From positions 22,850 through 86,849 of the forward strand of contig CAZVGK010000010.1 of NCBI GenBank assembly GCA_964626665.1: a stretch of 64,000 nt of DNA. The letters are read 5' to 3'. Shown one piece after another: positions 58,528 through 64,000 of the stretch. The first letter of the stretch is position 1. Each line of letters starts with the position of its first letter. The notes under the pieces are model-generated. The model saw nothing but the letters and a program-made list of their open reading frames with translations, searched no databases and was not told the origin of the DNA. The stretch comes from an uncultured Gemmatimonadota bacterium. Lineage in GTDB: Bacteria; SM23-81; DAOVCL01. Made by a program: the position numbers and the translations under genes.

Positions 58528-59967
58528 TCACGCAACCAAAAGGAAATACCGCACGGGTATTAAAAGAATATCATCTTCTAAGCTTATGTCGTGCTCGCGA
58601 GTCAATATGACTCCGAGCGGACTCCCGGATTTCTTCATAAAGTGCTTTAGTCCTCTTTTCTGGAGATTCTTTTGGCGATACTTGACTTCGATTGGTAGAT
58701 ACTTGCTGGCAGCATGTGTAACAATGAAGTCAACCTCGACCTGCCGTTTCCGGTAATAAGCCACCTCAAGAGCTCCTGGCCAGCTAACGAGATGGTTCGC
58801 AACGATATTCTCGATATACAATCCCAAAAGACCATGATCAGTAGCAAAATCGTCCCATGTTTTCATGACCGCGTTGCGTAGGGCCAAATCTATGAGATAA
58901 CATTTTACGTTTCCCTGCCGCGGGCGGATTGGATCACGTCTGAACTTCTGCACACGCATAATCAAATCGGTCATCTCAAGAAGGGGAAAGTTGTCAGAGA
59001 CCATCTTGCGACTGACACCAGCCTCCGATGCAATCTTTTGGGCATTGATCTCTATACCCGGATGTGCCAGCAAGTACACAAAGAATCTCAGTACGTTCTC
59101 CGGCTTGCGATATTCTGTCGCCAGCGCCAAATCCTCGTAAAGGACCTTTCTTACCTGATTGTCCCACAGATACTCTTGCTTCAGAATTACATCTTCGAAT
59201 TGCCACGTTTCTGGGAATCCGCCCTCACGGCAGAAGTTAAGCACAGCCTTGTCCAATCCCTGCTTAAAATCGCGTATATCTCGGTCGAACCTTTTCATCC
59301 GATTGCAAACAGCATTGCCGTTGCTATCCAGTAGCAGCGTGCGGATATCCATATAGTTCCTCAATACGTCCGAGAAAGTTGGCTCATTTAGAAATTGATA
59401 CAGACAAAACTCACGAAACGAAAAGGGCAGCAAATGGTAATCTTTGATTCGTCCAAGAAGGCTCTCCTGCGTTTTTCGGAAAATCGGTGACGAAGCGCTT
59501 CCAGAAATGAGAAACCGGATCGGATATTTCAGGTCGTAGTACTTCTTGAGGAAAAGCTCCCACCGTGGAAGCTTCTGGATTTCGTCCAACAGAAAGAAGC
59601 GTTCTTGGGCCTTGAGCGGATCGCCGCTCACCGCCTCTACCATCCGGTCTAATATCCGCTCTTGGAGTTCCGGCGAGGAGACAACCGCAGGATCATCAAA
59701 GGAAAAATATGTGATCTGCTTTGGTGATACTCTTTCCTCGTCGATCAGGTGGCAAACCAACTGGTGAAGGAGAGTGGTTTTACCGACGCGACGCGGGCCG
59801 GTGATCGATATAATCTGGGGAACCAATTCAAGGTCCGACCGGAGCTGTTTTAGGATAGGACGCTCGAACGCAGGCAACTTACTGCGCCAAGTTCCTTCTG
59901 GCTCCGAATGCCAGGGATTGTATGGATTCAGTAGCCTTGCCAGGTCTAAATCATCTATGTTCATCAC
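58528..59967 (-). CDS. AAA ATPase with DUF4143 / PD-(D/E)xK C-terminal domain
   Basis: 'NPW', Walker A 'GPRRVGKTT', Walker B 'LLDEIQ', 'GGFPE', 'EVDFI....PIEVKY'. Confidence 0.92.
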   Translation of the reverse strand: MMNIDDLDLARLLNPYNPWHSEPEGTWRSKLPAFERPILKQLRSDLELVPQIISITGPRRVGKTTLLHQLVCHLIDEERVSPKQITYFSFDDPAVVSSPELQERILDRMVEAVSGDPLKAQERFFLLDEIQKLPRWELFLKKYYDLKYPIRFLISGSASSPIFRKTQESLLGRIKDYHLLPFSFREFCLYQFLNEPTFSDVLRNYMDIRTLLLDSNGNAVCNRMKRFDRDIRDFKQGLDKAVLNFCREGGFPETWQFEDVILKQEYLWDNQVRKVLYEDLALATEYRKPENVLRFFVYLLAHPGIEINAQKIASEAGVSRKMVSDNFPLLEMTDLIMRVQKFRRDPIRPRQGNVKCYLIDLALRNAVMKTWDDFATDHGLLGLYIENIVANHLVSWPGALEVAYYRKRQVEVDFIVTHAASKYLPIEVKYRQKNLQKRGLKHFMKKSGSPLGVILTREHDISLEDDILLIPVRYFLLVA

Positions 59968-60220
59968 AAGTTCTTATCACGCAGGACAATACAATTAAAT
60001 TCCAGATATGGTCATTATGAGTACCATATTTTGAGAAATGTCATAATTAACGATATTCATCCGACTTATCCCTGTTCAAACAATGTTCCTTCATCCTTCA
60101 CAACTACCCCCCCCAAATGCCTATCCCCTCCCCCGCCTGCGGATGGTGGGCGGGTTTTGGACAAGGTGGTTATGGGGTCGGGTTAGTTCAAGGATGAAGG
60201 TATCTATGCATTTTGGTGTA

Positions 60221-60293
60221 GCCTAATGCTCCACATAACCGGCTGGCAATGGAGCGCAGCTGAATCCCCGTCCAGTGCAGCGCGTTGTTAAGC
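60221..60293 (-). other. Integron attC site (degenerate R')
   Basis: GCTTAAC-AACGCGCTGCACTGGACGGGGATTC...-ATTAGGC; R'' overlaps the TIGR02391 stop codon. Confidence 0.75.
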
Positions 60294-61100
60294 ACCTGTT
60301 TTCACTGCCTCGTCAAGTCTTCGATGCAACAGAGACGCAACGGTCATCATGTCGAGAGCGTCGTGCTCGGTTATATTCCATGCAATCCGTGGTGCGTGTG
60401 CTGGTGGATTGCGGAAGGTACCGAAGAAGCCTTTCATTAAGTTCATGAGTCTCTTGTGTTCGCTTCGCTCGGAGTCTGTCGAGAGTGGGTTGAAAGCAAG
60501 AACTGGATATTGCTTCTTGCCGATTCCGAAGGCTTCATCAACAAGGTTACCTCCATCGGATGTAAACCCTGTCTTGTCTCTTATCTTTTGAGCAACGCTC
60601 TTAGCTGCCTCGAGCACGGCATGGAAGTAGTTGCCCTCAACAAGCTCAGCACGGCAGAACTTAAGAACATCAGGGTGAACGCCACGGTCGAAGAGCTTGC
60701 GACGGAGCTGATCCGCTGCAGCCTTAGCGTCTGATATCGTCCGTGCTTGTTTGCACCGCTCAAGTTTCCCTTCGTCATTCAGTTTGAACGCTTCGAAGGC
60801 GAGAACACGGTTTAGTTCAGCTTGCTTGCCTTCAAAGTATCCGGGCGACTGAACATGCAGAACAGGGTTCATGACACGCTGTATGAAACCACAGACGTTA
60901 TTAGCACAACCGTCCGCACGTTGCCTTGTGACGAGTGCTTCGTACAACCGGATGCGCTTTGTCATTCCGGGATTCGGATCATCAATCCCACATTCCCGCA
61001 GATATCTGCCGATCTCACTTCCCGTCAATCCGGTGTTCGTGTCTCCCAAGACATTGCACACCTGTTCAAGATTAGCTTCGTTGAACAATGGTATCTTCAT
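60288..61100 (-). CDS. TIGR02391-family protein, cassette-borne
   Basis: 'GLTGSEI', 'VHPDVLKFCRAEL...NYFHAVLEAAKS', 'FRNPPAH'; ATG follows GTTAGGC by 7 nt. Confidence 0.88.
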   Translation of the reverse strand: MKIPLFNEANLEQVCNVLGDTNTGLTGSEIGRYLRECGIDDPNPGMTKRIRLYEALVTRQRADGCANNVCGFIQRVMNPVLHVQSPGYFEGKQAELNRVLAFEAFKLNDEGKLERCKQARTISDAKAAADQLRRKLFDRGVHPDVLKFCRAELVEGNYFHAVLEAAKSVAQKIRDKTGFTSDGGNLVDEAFGIGKKQYPVLAFNPLSTDSERSEHKRLMNLMKGFFGTFRNPPAHAPRIAWNITEHDALDMMTVASLLHRRLDEAVKTGA

Positions 61101-61107
61101 TTATCTC

Positions 61108-61181
61108 GCCTAACGGTGCTGGTGAGAGGCTGGCATGGAGCGCCAGCGTAATGCCAGTCCTACTCCACCAGCTGGTTATCT
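61108..61181 (-). other. Integron attC site
   Basis: AGATAAC-CAGCTGGTGGAGTAGGACTGGCAT...ATGCCAGCCTCTCACCAGCACC-GTTAGGC, imperfect palindrome. Confidence 0.88.
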
Positions 61182-61210
61182 GCTAATTTTCATGGCCAAT
61201 AATTCGCCAC

Positions 61211-62155
61211 TTAATTCTCATCCTCGAATATTCTAGGATACAAGGAAAGCCACAATTCATTAGGGTTTGGCTCAATCAAACGAAGAACCTTTCGTTCTCT
61301 GAGTGCGTTTGATTCTTTTATCTTGGCTCGCCATACAACTGGTCTGTCAAGCAATGCAGAGAGAAAACTCTTTTCATTTGATTTTAATGTTCCTTGGAAC
61401 CACTGAAAGGCTTGCGACCAGTCCTCAATTAATTCTCTTAGTTCGTCGTTGCTCAATCTAAAGAGATAAAGAAATTGGTCTATCAATCCAGATTCATCAA
61501 GAGAATCCCGAAATTCCTCCATTGTTTGATTGGGCGACTTTCCGCGAAGAACCGGCTCTGGAAATGGGTTACATGACCGTCTGACTGGTTCATAGGATTG
61601 AAAAAAGGCTTTCCAGATTTTTGACAATGTAACGGTCGATGTTGTAAAGATAACAGAGGCAATAATGCTTGCGGCTATCGCATCAAAATTCGAACTAAAC
61701 CACTCGAAAGGCCACCAAGCTTTGACCCCTCCTCCGTCAACTAATGAACCATCAATTCTTCTGCCTTCCGCATACCAATTAATCAATGATGCCTTTGCTT
61801 TATATATTCTGTTATCATTGTCAGAACCGAGACATAGCAAAAGACAATAAACAAACAGAGCTGATTTTCCACCAAACTTTATATAATGCTCTTCAAATCT
61901 TGAGATTGCTGATTCAATTTTGTCTTCAATTGTAGCTCTAAATCTATGATCTTCCTCTAAAAGTGACATAATCTTAGAATAAGCATCTTCTTGAGAAAGA
62001 TTACTAATGTGTGGAGCTATACTTAAGATTAATCGATTTGCAGCACCTCTTCTTGCACTATGATCAACTTCTACTGGAGGCGAAGAGCTATTCCAAAAAT
62101 AATCAACAACTCCGTCCGCTAAAACCGAAATATCTAAATCCGCCTTTTTGCTCAT
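61211..62155 (-). CDS. Hypothetical cassette protein, AT-rich, possible TM segment
   Basis: 314-aa ORF bounded by GTTATCT (62194) and AGATAAC (61181). Confidence 0.75.
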   Translation of the reverse strand: MSKKADLDISVLADGVVDYFWNSSSPPVEVDHSARRGAANRLILSIAPHISNLSQEDAYSKIMSLLEEDHRFRATIEDKIESAISRFEEHYIKFGGKSALFVYCLLLCLGSDNDNRIYKAKASLINWYAEGRRIDGSLVDGGGVKAWWPFEWFSSNFDAIAASIIASVIFTTSTVTLSKIWKAFFQSYEPVRRSCNPFPEPVLRGKSPNQTMEEFRDSLDESGLIDQFLYLFRLSNDELRELIEDWSQAFQWFQGTLKSNEKSFLSALLDRPVVWRAKIKESNALRERKVLRLIEPNPNELWLSLYPRIFEDEN

Positions 62156-62466
62156 ATCTCTTAGCCTCGATGTTTATTTGAAACTACAGATAACTATCGC
62201 TTATGTTAGTCGCATAAGGACCTTATCGATGACGACATTTGTTGCATAACGGGGAGCGGGATAACCCCTCCCTCGGTTGGCTCTGCCATAGGCGGCCCGA
62301 CTTATGATTAGCCTACCTAGAGACCGTATAAATCAGCAGAATATCCAATATCTTAAGTCAAACCCCCTCGGCAAATGCGTCCCCCCTCACTCGCCTGCGG
62401 AAGGTGGGCGAGGTGGTTATGGGTTCGGGTTAGTTTAAGAAAGAAATTGCTAATTCATTCTATGAG

Positions 62467-62538
62467 GCGTAACAACAGGATTACTTGCGGCTATGAAGCG
62501 GCAGCGGGATAGCCGTCCACTGCATCCATTTGTTGGGA
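62467..62538 (-). other. Integron attC site
   Basis: TCCCAAC-AAATGGATGCAGTGGACGGCTAT...ATAGCCGCAAGTAATCCTGTT-GTTACGC. Confidence 0.85.
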
Positions 62539-62574
62539 GATCGATTCATCGGCATCGATGACACATAGAGGTGG

Positions 62575-63054
62575 TCAAGAGAAATACCGTCGGTGGAGTT
62601 CCTCACCGTCAAGTAGTTCCTTGAACTTCGCGAAATCGCTGTTGCACATATCCAAGACGATACACCAGTCCGCCCTCGGCGTCCACTTCGAGCTTCCCAT
62701 TCTCTGCTCGACAAAGAATCTGATTGCCTCAGCCATGCTTTGCCCTGTTGTCTCGCTGTCGCTCCTACGCCACCGCTCCTCGAAACCGTGGCCAACCTCG
62801 TGAGCGATGGCTCTGGCCTGGTGAAGATCAGGGTTCATGTCAACATGACCTTGGGACTCGCTCTCTCCAGTCCACACAGTGAACTCCCCTTTTCCGAGCA
62901 CAACCCGACTTATGCGCTTGTAGGGATGTCCCGCTTTTTCAAGGTCGTCGAGGACTTGATACGAGGTTTTGATCGCGCGGTGGAGTTCCTGAAGCCACTG
63001 GGCCGGGACCTCTTTCCCGCTCTCGTTGACGATGTCGGGCCTATTGATGGTCAT
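62575..63054 (-). CDS. Cassette protein with HEXXH zincin-like motif
   Basis: 'AIAHEVGHGFEE' and downstream 'SMAEAI'; ATG 63054 after GAGGAG. Confidence 0.7.
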   Translation of the reverse strand: MTINRPDIVNESGKEVPAQWLQELHRAIKTSYQVLDDLEKAGHPYKRISRVVLGKGEFTVWTGESESQGHVDMNPDLHQARAIAHEVGHGFEERWRRSDSETTGQSMAEAIRFFVEQRMGSSKWTPRADWCIVLDMCNSDFAKFKELLDGEELHRRYFS

Positions 63055-63076
63055 CTTCTCCTCTCGCAACTCTCCC

Positions 63077-63958
63077 CTATATTAGTCGCATAAGAACCTT
63101 ATAGCCATGTTCTCGATTTACCTCTTTTACGGTTTTGATATTTTTGCTCCACATTGAAAAGCCGCTAAAAAAGATTTTTATTTGGTTTGAAAAAGGTAAT
63201 GTCGAAAGCGATTCTAAATTTAATAGCGAGCTGTAAGGATTATAGTCTACCAAAATCAATATGAATTGGAATAGGTTAAGATCATTAGAAACTTTTAAAG
63301 TCTTCATAGCCTCAAGGCGATTTGGGTCTTGCATGTAAATCCCTAATTGCAGTTTTTGTCGGAACATTGTTTCGAGTTCCTGAGATAGCCTTGCCATATT
63401 TTTCTGAATTTGCTCATAATACCTTAATAACTGCTTGTGTGCTTCTCTTATATCTGTATTAAGAGCAAACTTTACTTCCATTAAACACGGCATTATTGTT
63501 TGGTTCTTTCTTCTTAGATTTCTGTCCCAGTAGACACCCAATAAATCAAATCGTTCATTATCTATAGCATATTGTCTGTCCACAATAAAATATTCGCTAT
63601 TATTTCTTTTCTCTTGGTTATTTGCTCGGATAATCAATTGCTCATATTCCACTTCTAAAGAAGATTTTTTATTTTTGAGAATGTTATCTTTGATAATAGG
63701 AACAGCCTTCAGAAATAGATCAGTATCAACCCTATTCTTAATGAAATTAGGAATATTAGTACCCAATAGGAATTTTTGATGGATATCTACTTTGTATTGA
63801 AAATTTGGAGCTTCGGAAAGTTTTAAAAGGGAATTCCCTTTGAAATATATGTTCAGATAATTATCTCGAATCTGTAAATCGAGATCCTTATCATTGATGA
63901 CTTCCTGAGTTATGGGGGACAAAAATCCATTCTTGAGACTATCTACAGACCTCGTCAA
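63077..63958 (-). CDS. Hypothetical PD-(D/E)xK-like nuclease
   Basis: 'LQIRDNYLNIYFKG', 'EYEQ', 'RFDLLG', 'LMEVKF', 'HKQL..Y'; start uncertain. Confidence 0.65.
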   Translation of the reverse strand: MTRSVDSLKNGFLSPITQEVINDKDLDLQIRDNYLNIYFKGNSLLKLSEAPNFQYKVDIHQKFLLGTNIPNFIKNRVDTDLFLKAVPIIKDNILKNKKSSLEVEYEQLIIRANNQEKRNNSEYFIVDRQYAIDNERFDLLGVYWDRNLRRKNQTIMPCLMEVKFALNTDIREAHKQLLRYYEQIQKNMARLSQELETMFRQKLQLGIYMQDPNRLEAMKTLKVSNDLNLFQFILILVDYNPYSSLLNLESLSTLPFSNQIKIFFSGFSMWSKNIKTVKEVNREHGYKVLMRLI

Positions 63959-64000
63959 ATTAGCTCAAAATTGTGCCACTTTTTTGGACACTTTGCTGAT

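Overview
Bacterial chromosome segment. Three proteins end in a QNYPNPFN-type FlgD/T9SS-A-like sorting domain, which suggests an FCB-group lineage (inference only). Core genes are rsmA-tatD, a vorDBA-type 2-oxoacid:ferredoxin oxidoreductase operon, a dcw cluster (mraZ to ftsZ, no ddl, with a 3-gene secreted-protein insert between mraY and murD), tRNA-Val(GAC) and tRNA-Leu(TAA). Accessory genes include a DprA/SLOG-like gene next to a TcmP-radical SAM (SPL-like) fusion, four toxin-antitoxin pairs, a secreted TPR-CHAT protease / ECF sigma / anti-sigma triad and several large secreted proteins. The last ~6 kb is an island at tRNA-Leu. It has a dead tyrosine integrase cut by an internally deleted RAYT element, then integron-like cassettes arranged as two tandem units: [35-bp attI-like motif]-cassette(s)-attC-[~110-bp non-coding element], with no intI in the window. 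Many intergenic gaps hold small palindromic repeats (REP-like hairpins, inverted 7-mer and 9/10-mer arrays). Some are nested and some supply the stop codons of essential genes. All calls come from motif reading; no database searches were run.
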